Positions 42,696 to 62,667 of a stretch of 64,000 bases of DNA are shown here, one piece after another. The notes beneath the pieces are model-generated. The model ran no database searches. It was not told the DNA's origin and saw only the letters and a list, made by a program, of their open reading frames with translations. The DNA comes from Eledone cirrhosa. Its lineage: Eukaryota. Within the stretch, counting starts at the first letter, position 1, and each line of letters begins with the position of its first letter. The translations under genes and the position numbers were made by a program. Where the stretch lies: the NCBI GenBank assembly GCA_964016885.1, contig CAXHJY010001552.1:39810-103809 (forward strand), read 5' to 3'.

Positions 42696-42924
42696 ACTAT
42701 ACAATTTCTTTCCGAAATCCGGGAAGAAATTCTAGCTAGTTGTTTTGTCGTCTGTTTTGATTGGTTGTCAAAGATGACGTCATACCGGTATCCGGCTTCA
42801 GCCATGTTGGCACCATTCTACACCTTCTTCTTTAATGACGATTCTCATCTATTGTCTGTCTGTCTGTCTCTCCGTTTGTTTATTGATTCGTAGATATGTA
42901 TACTTAGATATATGTCGGCTGACA

Positions 42925-42962
42925 TATTTATATATATATATTTATATATATGTCGGCTGACG

Positions 42963-43000
<38 letters not shown>

Positions 43001-43582
43001 TCTGTGTGATATGTTTATATATATATATGTGTGTGTGTGATATGTTTATATATATATATGTGTGTGTGTGATATGTTTATGTATATATGTGTATGTGTGA
43101 TATGTTTATATATATATGCGTGTTTGTGATATGTTTATATATATGTTTGTGTGTGTGATATGTTTATATATATATGTGTGTGTGTGTGATATGTTTATAT
43201 ATATATATGCGTGTTTGTGATATGTTTATATATATGTTTGTGTGTGTGATATGTTTATATATATGTTTGTGTGTGTGATATGTTTATATATATGTTTGTG
43301 TGTGTGATATGTTTATATATATATATATATGTGTGTGTGATATGTTTATATATATGTGTGTGTGTGTGATATGTTTATATATATGTTTGTGTGTGTGATA
43401 TGTTTATATATATGTGTGTGTGTGTGATATGTTTATATATATGCGTGTGTGTGTGATATATGTATATATATATGTGTGTGTGTGTGTTATGTTTATATAT
43501 ATATATATATGTGTTTGTGATATGTTTATATATATGTGTGGGTGTGATATATTTATATATATATGTGTGTGTGCGATATGTT

Positions 43583-43616
<34 letters not shown>

Positions 43617-43655
43617 ATATGTTTATATATATATATGTGTGTGTCTGTGTGATAT

Positions 43656-43695
<40 letters not shown>

Positions 43696-43790
43696 ATGTG
43701 TGTGTGTGTGTGATATGTTTATATATATATATATGTGTGTGTGTATGTGTGTGTGTGTGTGATATGTTTATATATATATATGTGTGTGTG
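42925..43790. repeat. Compound (TA)n(TG)n-GATATGTT minisatellite
   Basis: Direct reading. Confidence 0.85.
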
Positions 43791-44021
43791 TGTTGATTGT
43801 CATCGTTTTAACGTCCACCCTGCCCTGCTGTCTGTGATAGGCCAGTTTTAACAGGCCGTTCTTGAGCCCAGCCTTTACGACACATGAGAGTGCTGGGGTG
43901 GCCAGTATTTATGGTATTACTGTAACCATGGGGAGAGTGGCAGATGCAACAAGTCTTTCAGGGGTGTTCACTACATACCTGAAAGTCTTACTCAACACAC
44001 CCTGGCGCCTGGTCTTGATTT

Positions 44022-44134
<113 letters not shown>

Positions 44135-44369
44135 GAGAGGTATAGAGATTGTTTTAGCAAGAAGCTAACGGCATTCTATAACATATATGCGACTATAACG
44201 TCAAGATGGGAAAAGTAGTTAACGAAAGATTTAGGAAAAATAACTCAAACTCATCTCAAAAGAGAATCAGGATATAAATTCATCCACAGAATTTAGTAAA
44301 ATCCAGGGAAAATCTATAGACCTTTAACTCATGATATAATAAAGTTTGAAACACTTATCCTTCACTTAT

Positions 44370-44465
<96 letters not shown>

Positions 44466-44468
44466 GTA

Positions 44469-44506
<38 letters not shown>

Positions 44507-44650
44507 ATTTAAAGGTTAAACAAGGTTCAATGAATAAATCAAAGAATGAGTTTTACAATAGATTGGAAGCACTCAACAGGAATGGTTTTCCGGAGTTATT
44601 AATATTAATTCAAAATATTAACAAAAATAGACATTCGTGTGATCAAGTAT

Positions 44651-44715
44651 ATTTTATTATACATATTTCAGAGGTACTGAGCTATCTTCAACAGTACGTC
44701 CTCATCAGATAAAAT
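44651..44715 (-). ncRNA. Type I hammerhead motif
   Basis: Minus: ATTTTAT-CTGATGA-GGACGTACTG...CAGTACCTCT-GAAA-TATGTA-TA-ATAAAAT. Confidence 0.7.
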
Positions 44716-44943
44716 AAGATGATGCATGACATACCCTGACTTATATATAAATATATATATATATATATATGCAAAAGTTTTATTTAAAATGTTGGGTTAC
44801 AACGAGTAAATATTTTATAACTGATATAAAAGCACTGTATTTTGTCTGAGGAGGGCATACCATATTTTAATATGATATCCCTGAAATATATATAATGAAA
44901 TAAATATGGTTTTATAAATGTAATTTCCATTTGTTTAATATCG

Positions 44944-44978
<35 letters not shown>

Positions 44979-45274
44979 GTGAGGTTTTTTTTACAAATTG
45001 AAAAATAACCGAGGTGTCCTACACGAGTGAAAGTATAAAGAAAAAAAGATGAAATCGAAAATGCAACTGGAGTCTTATTTTTTTTTTAAATATATATATT
45101 TATTTGGTTCCTTTACCGGTTTCGCAGTTCTTCTGCTTTTCAAAAGGTGAGTTGAGATGGAGGGTCTGTGGTTTTTCTCACATCTGGTTGGTCTCTGAAT
45201 GTTACTTATATATATAAATGAAAAGTATAGAAATTGTTGTAGCGAGAAGCTAACAGTATTCCATAACATATAAT

Positions 45275-45337
<63 letters not shown>

Positions 45338-45805
45338 CATTTAATTTTATTTTTATTCACCTTATCTTATTCTAATAATACATTTTAATAAAACTTTTTC
45401 GCACATCTTAATAAATCCTTCGGTATATAAACCCTAAATAAATAGCATACTTAATTTCTATATCTGTAATCATAAACATCATCAATCATAAACCTCATTA
45501 ATTTTTTTATTTTTTTATTTATTTATAAATTTACAACCGTTATTCAGTTAGTTTTCAATGATGACAGCGTTTTTCAATTTAAATGTTTATCTCTCTCTCT
45601 CTCTCTTCTTTCTCTTTCTCTCTCCTCCTTCCTTCTTATACTCTGCCTCTTTTTTCATTTTTTCCTTTCTTCCTCTTGCTTCCTTTTTTCCCCTTCCTTC
45701 CCTTTTTTCCAATCTTCTATATCCTTTTAAATTTATTTATCATATGTTGACTAGACACTTCCTTGTTCACAAGTATTTTTTTTAGGCATCATATCATGTT
45801 TTCCT

Positions 45806-45874
45806 ATTTTATCTGATGAGAACGCAAATATCGTCCCAGGATGATATTTGTTTTTGAAATGCGCATAATAAAAT
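45806..45874 (+). ncRNA. Type I hammerhead motif, family C
   Basis: ATTTTAT-CTGATGA...GAAA-TGCGCA-TA-ATAAAAT. Confidence 0.75.
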
Positions 45875-45908
45875 ACCTGGAACTTTTTTAACCATCTTTT
45901 AATTTCTT

Positions 45909-45951
<43 letters not shown>

Positions 45952-45955
<4 letters not shown>

Positions 45956-47890
45956 TAAAATAACAGATTAAAGTTTAAACAAAGAATCGCTGCTTTCACC
46001 CTTAACGGGATCTTCTGAAACTAACAAAGTCAATCTGTAAACGCAGAACTGGATATTTCAAAAAACGTTGCAACCGGAGGAAGACAGGAAGACGATACTT
46101 TGGTTCGTGGTAACGTTCGCTGGCAAAGAGCGGGAAAAAACGAATAATACGTCATTAATAGGAGCGGTGAAAAGCAATTACGCGCAAAGACAAAACCACG
46201 TTTATGGTATAAAAGAGGTCGTAGACTAATGTTCTCTTAGGTGGTGCATAGAGACGTTCTCTGGCAATGAACGAAAAAACGAAGGTAATGAGTCATATGT
46301 GGAGCGTGGAGAACAATAGCACGCAAAGACAAAACCACGTAAATGGTATAGCAGAAATCGTAGACTAAAATTCTAACTAGGCGACCAAATGAATCTCCGC
46401 TACAGAGTTAAGAACAAAGTAAATAAATACAATACAGAAGTAATAGAAACAAATAAATACATACATGCAAACAGATACGTACATACACAAGCATACGCAA
46501 AACCTTACCATAGGTATACAAAACCACGTACATATAAATATGTGTGTGTGTGTGTATGCTTGTGTACAAATAAATAAATAATTATATCAACGTATATAAA
46601 TAAATAAATACGTATATAACAAGCGCACTCGCATACCTACATATAAATACACGAATGTTCGGAGACGTAAGTCAACTAAAACAAGAAGTACACATATACA
46701 CACACCCACCATACGTACGAACCTGCATACTCACGCAGACGCAAAACTCCCGTATACACATAGCCAAACCCTAAATACCAGACTATGTAAAAATGATACG
46801 CCATAACAGTCAAATATACGTACGAGAAAGTATACATACCTTCACAAAACATACGGGTAATATATACTTACCTATGCAAATAAGTAAAGGAATAAACAAA
46901 ACATATACTTAGCTCCCACACCAAGACGTAAAATATCCACGTATAGGTCGTGCTATCCGTTAGGGTATAACGTGGGGCTGTAATACAGGAAAGTTTTGTG
47001 CAATTTATGTTTACAAGCCGAAATTGCCTCAGATTTTTTGTTTAAGATGTGGTCTGTAGCGTAGAGTATTTCCAGGGCCTCAGCGGCGCAGAGGTCACAT
47101 GGTCTTTTATTCCCGTTATACGATCTAGCCCTAGCTAGGATCTCCCAGTGTAACTTATATTGGGTGTGGTTGTCTTTTAGACTCCAGATATAAGCTGAAA
47201 GGGACGTCATATTCCTTCTTAGAGGGTAACGAAAAGAATGGGTATGCATGTAAAGACGCTGCTTGAAACTATTGGCGGTTAACCCTATGTAGGCCCTACG
47301 GGACGTGGGTGTTGCAACCTTACATTTGTAGACAATGTTACTAGAGAGGCATTTCCCGGATAGGGGGCAATCAGCCCGATTCCTACAATTACAGTTAGTA
47401 CTAACTACAGGGTTGCACGTGTTCCTACGGCTAGGTAGTTTAGCTAAATTTGAAGCTGTGATGTTATGTGCAAGGTTAGGAGTCGTAGAGTAAGAAATTT
47501 TAATAGTATTTCTATTAAAAATTTTACTATATTTATGTGTAGGGGGAAAATGCTTCGTAATAAGGGAAAGAAAGATCTTAGCTAATGGTGTGGCCACCTC
47601 CATATTATATGGTGGGTTAAACCAACAAATGCGACGGGATCTATTTCTTCTAGGTCTATTTTCGTTCTCTGTATATGCTACCTTATCGACAAATGCACTT
47701 CGAGCAAGAGCTTCATTGTAGTATGTGGAATGGTCGTTGAAAATGCGCTCGTTGGTGGAAAGACGGGAAAGCCTCAACGAAACGTTTCTTACCAGGTTAT
47801 TGGTTATGCTGGCAGGATGGTTGGAATGCTTACTTATGTAATTAAGCGTATCATTCGGCTTTCTATACGGGTAATACAACCCATTGGATT
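45952..47890 (-). mobile_element. Penelope-like element, 5'-truncated, ~1-kb 3' UTR ending in a variant-HHR terminal segment at (TA)n
   Basis: Open EN-region ORF; terminus shared with 37080-37290 and 50192-50360. Confidence 0.85.
46953..47879 (-). CDS. PLE RT thumb + GIY-YIG endonuclease (5'-truncated)
   Basis: YRKPN, SNHP, WFNPPY, CNCR..CPLSGKC, IVYKC...YIGLT..FKQR..H, CDLC..E, LNKKSE..CKH. Confidence 0.88.
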   Translation of the reverse strand: MYYPYRKPNDTLNYISKHSNHPASITNNLVRNVSLRLSRLSTNERIFNDHSTYYNEALARSAFVDKVAYTENENRPRRNRSRRICWFNPPYNMEVATPLAKIFLSLITKHFPPTHKYSKIFNRNTIKISYSTTPNLAHNITASNLAKLPSRRNTCNPVVSTNCNCRNRADCPLSGKCLSSNIVYKCKVATPTSRRAYIGLTANSFKQRLYMHTHSFRYPLRRNMTSLSAYIWSLKDNHTQYKLHWEILARARSYNGNKRPCDLCAAEALEILYATDHILNKKSEAISACKHKLHKTFLYYSPTLYPNG

Positions 47891-47917
47891 TTAGTCTTCA
47901 ATTTTATTATTATTACA

Positions 47918-47980
<63 letters not shown>

Positions 47981-48167
47981 GTGAGGGTAGGTGGGGTGGG
48001 GTAGGTAGGTGGATGTGTGGAGGGAAGTTCCACAGCCACGTGTACCCTAGAGATTTAGCGTGGCGCAACATATTCCGTTGATCGAAGAGGAACGCGCATC
48101 GTCGAAACCGACATAGAACCCTCACATATATATATAATATATGTATGTATATATATATATATATATA

Positions 48168-48303
48168 TAGGAAAATGTTTAACCCCGACGGCAGAGCTGA
48201 AGCCGTTTCGACGACTATTTCTGGACTCCAGAAATAGCCGTCGAAACGGCTTGAGCTCTGCCGTCGGGGTTGAACATTTTCCTATTACCCACTCTACTAC
48301 CCT
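48168..48303 (+). mobile_element. Hairpin fold-back element (family of 9912), short tail
   Basis: Arms GGAAAATGTTTAACCCC / GGGGTTGAACATTTTCC. Confidence 0.8.
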
Positions 48304-48314
48304 AATCACACACA

Positions 48315-48358
<44 letters not shown>

Positions 48359-48367
48359 CACGTTTAT

Positions 48368-48418
<51 letters not shown>

Positions 48419-49345
48419 TGTGTGTGTGTGTGTGTGTGTGCGTGCGCGTTTATGTGTGTGTGTGTGTGTGTATCTATCTATGTATATATATATAAGGGAT
48501 ACGGATATTGCTTTCTCACTGTCACCAAGCTTCTCAATTCATTCGTTGCTACTAAGTATTTTATATTACTACGAGGTATATTATTTTGCAAGGTACTATT
48601 TTTCCCCTGAGTTTGTGATTTCAGAGAAAGGTAAGAAATTTTTCATATTTTGCATCTTTTGTATTTTGACTTTACAGCTCCAATTGTAGAAATGTCTATC
48701 CACTCAAAATATTACAACAGCTAACAGTGAAACATAGAATTTAAAAAAAAAAGCTTTTTCGACTGAGATTAAATCTTTTTTTTATAATTTCAAAAATATA
48801 TCATTTCAAATAGCTTGCTTTTGTTTTGGACTGAAACTTTTTTGTATTTAATTCGTACGAGTATTTTTTAAAGATTCTAAGATAACTTGATTTGGCCCAG
48901 TAATCTACTGATATCAAAATCAGTAGTATATTGAAAAATGGAAAAATAAGGTAGGCGGGCGTTTCGTGATTTCGAGGGGCGAAATGGGTTGAGAACCTTT
49001 GAATTAAACGAAGCTAAGATTAAAATGTAAGTTTGAAGAAATAATAGATAAATATTTACCGATATTCCTCTAGTCGTGACTGTCGACAGTTTAGCTTGTT
49101 CTATGTGAAAATGTCTAACCGTAGCATTATCCATCAGGCTTCAAGCTTATCAAGAGTTCCCTCAGTTAGGACCGATTTTTTTCAAAGTGATCGCTGCCAG
49201 TAACAAATTCAAAAGGGGTGAAAATTATCACGTGGCCAGCAGTCAAGATAGAAGTGTTGTGAAGGGTAGACTGGTGGCCAGTAAGTTCATTGCTAAAAGA
49301 AGCAGTTATTTCCAGCCTAAATTTACTCAATTGTAAGGGAGTTAG

Positions 49346-49387
<42 letters not shown>

Positions 49388-49391
<4 letters not shown>

Positions 49392-49576
49392 TAAGTAAGA
49401 CCCCGACGGCTGAGCTCAAGCCGTTTCGACGGCTAATTCAGTACAGAATTAGCCGTCGAAACGGCTTGAGCTCAGCCGTCGGGGTCTTACTTACTCCTAT
49501 TACCCACTCTACTACCCTAAGTATTGAGTACTTTGGTGCGTTATGGTCCACCTGGTTCCTTACCACTTTTCCCTCG

Positions 49577-49578
<2 letters not shown>
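49388..49578 (+). mobile_element. Hairpin fold-back element (family of 9912)
   Basis: Arms GAGTAAGTAAGACCCC / GGGGTCTTACTTACTC plus conserved tail. Confidence 0.85.
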
Positions 49579-49624
<46 letters not shown>

Positions 49625-49629
<5 letters not shown>

Positions 49630-50146
49630 AGGGTGTTAAAGTTTGCTTGAAGCATTGTGAAATGTGTAAAATATGTAGTTTAGAAAGCCACAACAATGCA
49701 GATGGGAAATCTCGAGGTAGGAAGTGAGTGAGAAATAGGAGAAAAGTGAAAATTGAGAGAAACGAAAATGAAAACAAAACAAAGGTAGAAGGGTTACCGT
49801 AGTGGAGATTTAATCCCAATATTTCGGGCTTACGCCCATCAACGGGGGAAAGTTCCAAAAGGGGGGGAACAGGCTAAGCCGGAGAAAGTTGTATTGTCGT
49901 TAAAACATAGGAATGCCGTTATGGGGAAAAATTCAAACGAGGGAAAGAATGCGCGTGCGCGTGATAGGCTGTGGCAAAAGCTACTGTGTAAGCCCGAAAT
50001 ATTGGGATTAAATCTCCACTACGGTAACCCTTCTACCTTTGTTTTGTTTTCATTTTCGTTTCTCTCAATTTTCACTTTTCTCCTATTTCTCTCTCACTTC
50101 CTACCTCGAGATTTCCCTTCTGCATTGTTGTGGCTTTCTAAACTAC

Positions 50147-50153
<7 letters not shown>
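49625..50153. mobile_element. Inverted-repeat element (~165-bp arms 49668-49833 / 49988-50153) with a degenerate HHR
   Basis: Shared translation KPEILGLNLHY... on opposite strands; minus TTGATG-GGC-GTAA-GCCC-GAAA. Confidence 0.7.
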
Positions 50154-50191
<38 letters not shown>

Positions 50192-50199
<8 letters not shown>

Positions 50200-50360
50200 A
50201 CAGATTAACGTTTAAGCAAAGAATCGCTGCTTTCACCCTTAACGGGATCTTCTGAAACTAAAAAAAGTCAATCTGTGAACGCAGAAGTAAATATTTCAAA
50301 AAACCTTGCAGCCGAAGGAAGACAGGAAGGCGATACTTTGCTTCGTGGAAACGTTCCCTT
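50192..50360 (-). mobile_element. Solo PLE terminal fragment
   Basis: Homologous to 45955-46120. Confidence 0.75.
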
Positions 50361-50368
50361 CACAAAAC

Positions 50369-50445
<77 letters not shown>

Positions 50446-50628
50446 CAAACTCGAGCTGATCGATACAGAAACAATTGTAATATGAAATGAAGTTTACAAA
50501 AAGCTGCAATTCTTATTGTCACTTTATATATATATATATGTATATATATATATCATACTCTGCTCTACCAGGGCACTGAGTGCTCATACGACCTACCGCA
50601 TACGGACGCTTTCAGCATCCAACACCAA

Positions 50629-51771
<1,143 letters not shown>

Positions 51772-51995
51772 CAGGTTTGAGGTTCACCACTGTATAGAGC
51801 TGGGATCGACGTTAACCTATGCTCCCATCTCTTTCTGTTTTCGTTCATCTGACCGGTAGTAGCATACTATAAAATTTAGCCACGTCACTCCAGGGCGACC
51901 GGCTGAGGTTGAAGGAACAGAATAGCGGTCGCCCTCGGGTCTCGATTTTCAGCCCCATGGAATTTTACCTATTACATTCACGTATTATATTTCGA

Positions 51996-52053
51996 ATACC
52001 TGATGATATCACCGGATTCATACGGAACCCGGTCATTGAAATGATCATAGTAT
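51996..52053 (+). ncRNA. Type I hammerhead motif
   Basis: ATAC-CTGATGA-...ACCGG...CCGGT...-GAAA-TGATCA-TA-GTAT, palindromic stem III. Confidence 0.7.
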
Positions 52054-52099
52054 AATAAACCTTTCAAGGATTTACACAAATCCAGCCTCCTGTCATTTC

Positions 52100-52136
<37 letters not shown>

Positions 52137-52267
52137 AACTTACTGGTAATTAACTTACTGGTAATAAGGTAGTAATATATTACTGCCTACCACTATTTAG
52201 GGTTTATAAAAATATATATAACTACAAAAGGTTTTTGTATTTGCATAACCATAAATAGTATACTTAA

Positions 52268-52349
<82 letters not shown>

Positions 52350-52535
52350 GGCTTTGGCAGTATCGGTAGAGGGTTGACGCCATGCTTTCTAGCATGGTTA
52401 CGTCCCTTTTACAGTCTGAATTCAAATCCCGCCGAGGTTAACTTTGCCTTTCATCCTTACGGGGTCGATAAAATAAAGTACCAGTAATGTACTGGGTAAT
52501 TTGCTGGCCTTGTGCCTAACGTAGAAGCAATTATT
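52350..52535 (+). mobile_element. tRNA-derived SINE (Meta/V-like family)
   Basis: TGGCAGTATCGGTAG A box, TTCAAATCCC B box, GCCTTTCATCCTTACGGGGTCGATAAA. Confidence 0.85.
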
Positions 52536-52550
52536 AAGGCTGAATAGTGA

Positions 52551-52603
52551 GTTTTGTTACTCTGGAGTTTCGCCTGTTTATCACAGGATCATCAGACAAG
52601 AAC
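52551..52603 (-). ncRNA. Type I hammerhead motif
   Basis: Minus: TTGT-CTGATGA-TCCTGT/ACAGGC-GAAA-CTC/GAG-TA-ACAA. Confidence 0.7.
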
Positions 52604-52923
52604 ATACGGATGTATATATATAATGTATGTGTATTCCTACTGTGTTTATGTAAATATATATCTATTATATAACATCTAATGAGGTGACAAAGTATTATTT
52701 TAAAATAACCTTCCTGCTACTATGTTTAACATACTCTTAATAAATAACTTCCTGTTAGTCTATAAAATATATCCTCGTTATACTGACTCGGCTGGACCTC
52801 TTACTGGGTCGAGGGTGCGTCGTAGTAACATGACTAAACCTCATGGTGCCCGTCAATGCTGACTGAGTCGTAAGAGCGCCCTAATGACATACGGTGTGTC
52901 TTGTTCCAGCGCATGTGAGTGTG

Positions 52924-52967
<44 letters not shown>

Positions 52968-52969
<2 letters not shown>

Positions 52970-53206
52970 TCGTCAACAGTCGAACGACAAGATCCCAGGT
53001 TAACGAGGGAGATGGTAATCGGACCGACGAAGCGATGTTTCCATTGGTCTTTCCAATTGCTAATCGGTCGCAAATCCAGGTAGGAGGAGCAACGTGAAAT
53101 AAAGTGTCTTCCTCAAGGACATATCGCATCGCCTGGTCCAGGAATCGAACTCACACCCTCACGATTGAGAATCCAATTCTCTAACCACTCAGCCACGCGC
53201 CTCCAC

Positions 53207-53207
<1 letters not shown>
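52968..53207 (-). mobile_element. tRNA-derived CORE-like SINE
   Basis: Reverse complement of 63651-63890. Confidence 0.85.
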
Positions 53208-53268
<61 letters not shown>

Positions 53269-53356
53269 TATATATATATAATATATATATATATATAATA
53301 TATATATATATATAATATATATATATATATATAATATATATATATATATAATATAT

Positions 53357-53424
<68 letters not shown>

Positions 53425-53509
53425 TATAATATATATATATATATATGTCCCAAGGCTCTAAAACCATCAACACCAAAAACCCAGAGCTGTCATATCTAAG
53501 AGCTTACTA

Positions 53510-53565
53510 ACTGCCTGATGAGGTCATAGTCATACAATGGCTATCATCGAAATATATATAGCGGT
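53510..53565 (+). ncRNA. Type I hammerhead motif, family D (mirror copy 57842-57897, -)
   Basis: ACTGC-CTGATGA-GGTCATAGTCAT..ATGGCTATCATC-GAAA-TATATA-TA-GCGGT. Confidence 0.75.
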
Positions 53566-54039
53566 AAATAAAGGATAATGAGTTCATACAATTGACTTAT
53601 GTTTCGTCACTATATGTGTGTGTGTGTGTGTATGTATCTATGTATGTGTGTGTGTGTGTGTATGTATGTATCTATGTATGTGTGTGTGTGTGTGTGTGTG
53701 TTAAGTAATTCCGAAGAAAAAGGAAGGGAAAAAAGAGTGCTCTATGTATAGAACAGAGCTATTTAATTAGAAAGTGAACAACACAATATATAACTAATCC
53801 ATTACCAAAGGTTTCTGGATGCCAGACAATATTAATATACGTCTGGATCGGTCATCAGACAGAGATGTTATCGATAGAGAATATGAAATGAGATTTAAAA
53901 TCTGTTAAAAATTGGAAGTGAGGCTGGAGAAATAACGGAAAATATACATAAGAAAAGATATATAAAAAAAAGTAAGCAAAATAAAATATAAATATATGTG
54001 TGTGTATGTCCGTGTATATGTATGTATATGTTTTCGTAT

Positions 54040-54110
<71 letters not shown>

Positions 54111-54167
54111 TATATATTTATATATATGTAAATATATATATATATTTACATATATATATATATGTAT

Positions 54168-54770
54168 GTCTGGTCACCAGTTGGTGCTACTGGTAACATG
54201 TATCCTAGTACAACCTGTCTCATGGTCGAGTCGTTGGCGACTAAACTGGCAACCCCACCAAGGCTTCTTGGTGAGGAGGGTGACTTTGGACATCCTGCAG
54301 GACTAAAAACAAAACCTGTCAAAGAGCAGAGGAGCTCTTAAGAGTCAATGGCCATCCAGAATCACCGGGAGAGATGACCCCTAAGCCTTTGTCAAGCAGA
54401 ATTCTAGGAGAAGGAAAACTCTGATATAACACCTGCAACCCTGATGGTATCCAATGATGTTGACTTGTTCTTCTTTTTGGTAAATATCATCTTGGTTAAG
54501 AGAGTGGGACTGGCTTTGTGCAGTGCCTTTGCTCACTATAAAAGCTTCACGGTACAGGCATTGCTTTATATCTGGATATCTCTCTGCACTTGTCGTCACA
54601 AGGTACCATGGGCCCAGCACTATGTGTCAATAATTGTCACAAGCGTAGTGTTTGTATCAGTTTTCAAGTCAATGGCTGGACTAAAAGGTCACACTCGTAG
54701 GGGTTCGGTAAGGGTTCTCCTACGTGGATATAAAGTAGTGGCCGTACTCGAAAACGAGTTGGCAGCCACC
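54168..54770 (+). mobile_element. RTE-derived bipartite element
   Basis: Full-length homolog of 62668-63273. Confidence 0.8.
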
Positions 54771-54819
54771 ATATATATATATATGTATGTATGTAAATAT
54801 ATATATATGTATGTATGTA

Positions 54820-54851
<32 letters not shown>

Positions 54852-54852
54852 A

Positions 54853-54885
<33 letters not shown>

Positions 54886-54974
54886 AATATATATATATAT
54901 ATGTATGTATGTATGTATGTAAATATATATATATGTATGTATGTAAATATATATATATATATATATGTATGTAA

Positions 54975-55005
<31 letters not shown>

Positions 55006-55725
55006 AATATATATATATATGTATGTAAATATATATATATATATATGTATGTAAATATATATATATATATGTATATAAATATATATATTTATATATGTAT
55101 GTATATATATATATGTATGTAAATATATATATATATATATATATAAACATAAATTATCGAGATTCGCATTTCGGCCCACGAAATAACGAAAAACATCCTC
55201 CGAGATGTGAGGCAAGTGCTCAATGATTCAGATGAACCAGAGCTATAACAAACGTTAAAAGCCAAACACACTGAGACGATGGTTAAACAATCATTCGCAT
55301 AGCCAAAAAAACGATCAAGTAATTCGGGTATTGAAAATTTACGCGGACCCCTGGAAGGTTGGTAAAATCCAGTATATGGGTTTCTGCGGCTCCTAAATCA
55401 AGTACCGTCCGCTTACATAAATAATGTCAGGCTTCTGGTAAGATGATTGAACAAGGAAGCCGCTTTCTCAACAGGTTTTAGTTCAATGTTAATACAAGGA
55501 CTGACCATTGCTGACCCCACGTGGGGATCGGCAAGGGAGGCAACCCCTATATCAGGCGAATGAATTCAGTTGTGTATATTTTTGCAAGAATGCAAAAACA
55601 TCACAAATCGAATAGAGTTCTCAACAGAAGGGTTAAAATTAACATAAGCTATTCATCAGTCAATAGAATCAACTATAAAATCAAGAAAATTAATTGGTCA
55701 ATATATATATATATATATATATATT

Positions 55726-55769
<44 letters not shown>

Positions 55770-55772
<3 letters not shown>

Positions 55773-57111
55773 AAAGTTCTATTTAAATTGTTGGGATACA
55801 ACAAGCAAATATTTTTATAACTGATATAAAGCACTCAACAAATATTTGGAGTAAAAATACGATATTAATAAATGGAAACTATATTTATAAAACCATATTT
55901 ATTTCATTATACATATTTCAAGGACACCAAGTTAAATTATGGTGTGCTCTCATCAGATAAAATATAATATAGAACAGTTTTATAAATAAATATTGACATA
56001 CTCTTGTATAGTGATTATCCCAAGATTCGTGACAAATAGACATATAATAACAGCCATAAATACATAACAGGTAATCTTATAAAACTTATATAAAAAAAAA
56101 GAAAATTTTGTTTAATAACATAAAGTATGTATAACATAAACTTTCCTTTAATATCTTAACAATTGTAACATTGATATAACTATATAACACGGTTATTGCC
56201 AATATGGTTTGTTTTTACTGATTTATTATTTTAAATCGAGACAGGCAAACTATATTTATTTGAATTAGTTTATTTCATTCTAGCTAACTTCGTCTTTTAC
56301 AATACAAACACTTATGTGTTTATCATATATTAATTTATATTAACTTGTATAACTATATAACATAATTTTCCTTCTCTGATTTTATAAAATTCATATATCT
56401 TAAATTAAAGAATACTTTATATTTTGTATGTATATATTATATCCGTAGTTAGATATGCATATATATTTTTATATTTTTATAGGTGTGTATATATATTTAT
56501 ATGTATGTATTTTTGCGTGTGTATACGTGTTATATAATATATAGATCTTTAACAATATAATAATATATATAGATTTCTTAATATATAGATCCCAATTTTT
56601 AATATATTGATCTCAATATTTAACTGATTAACTAAACATCTAATCATATTTAAACAATGGTTAAATCTCTCATATTATATATGTATATTTCATTCATGAT
56701 TATTAACATTTCTAATTTTATTTATTCATTTCATCTCAATTGTTAAGATAACTCAACAAGATATGACATAGAGTTTTTCGTTCTCTCTCCTTTCTCTGTC
56801 TCCTCTCTCTCTATATATCTTTCTTTCACTCTCTGTTGTTCTGCTCTTTCTCTTTCCTTCTCTATCTTTCTCTGTCTCCGTAACTCAACGGATTATTTTA
56901 AAAATATCCTATACTAACTTACCTAATAATTAAAGCTACAACTCCACTATCCGGGAGCTTCCAACAGTAATGGTTGCATTCTTTAAGAGTATGTCAATAT
57001 TTATTTATAAAACTGTTCTATATAATATATTATCTGATGAAAGCACACCATAATTTAACTTGGTGTCCTTGAAATATGTATAATGAAATAAATATGTTTA
57101 TTAATATCGTA
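55770..57111. mobile_element. Family B element: inverted HHR-bearing ends (55860-56005 -, 56984-57111 +) around ~1 kb AT-rich DNA
   Basis: CTGATGA-AAGCACACC...GGTGTCCTT-GAAA-TATGTA-TA on opposite strands. Confidence 0.7.
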
Positions 57112-57152
57112 TAAATATATATATATATAATGTATATGTTTTCGTATGTATA

Positions 57153-57239
<87 letters not shown>

Positions 57240-57250
57240 AAATATACATG

Positions 57251-57302
<52 letters not shown>

Positions 57303-57481
57303 TATACATACGAAAACATATACATACATATACACGGACATACACACATATATTTATATTTTATTTTTCTTACTTTTTTTTATATATCTTTTCTTATGTA
57401 TATTTTCCGTTATTTCTCCAGCCTCACTTCCAATTTTTAACAGATTTTAAATCTCATTTCATATTCTCTATCGATAAGAGA

Positions 57482-57547
57482 TCTGTCTGATGACCGATCC
57501 AGACGTATATTAATATTGTCTGGCATCCAGAAACCTTTGGTAATGGA
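57482..57547 (+). ncRNA. Type I hammerhead motif (mirror copy ~53798-53856, -)
   Basis: TCTGT-CTGATGA-..CCAGAC...GTCTGG..-GAAA-CC-TTT-GG-TA-ATGGA. Confidence 0.65.
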
Positions 57548-57671
57548 GTAGTTATGTATTGTGTTGTTCACTTTCTAATTAAATAGCTCTGTTCTATACA
57601 TAGAGCACTCGTTTTCCCTTCCTTTTTCTTCGGAATTACTTAACACACACACACACACACACACACATAAT

Positions 57672-57797
<126 letters not shown>

Positions 57798-57955
57798 TGA
57801 CGAAACATAAGTCAATTGTATGAACTCATAATCCTTTATTTACCGCTATATATATTTCGATGATAGCCATTGTATGACTATGACCTCATCAGGCAGTTAG
57901 TAAGCTCTTAGATATGACAGCTCTGGGTTTTTGGTGTTGATGGTTTTAGAGCCTT

Positions 57956-62667
<4,712 letters not shown>

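Noticed and set aside
39544-42735. 1063-aa proline/threonine-rich extensin- or mucin-like ORF
   Set aside because: (CCA/CTA)n tract drifting between frames; starts in a microsatellite; no gene structure seen
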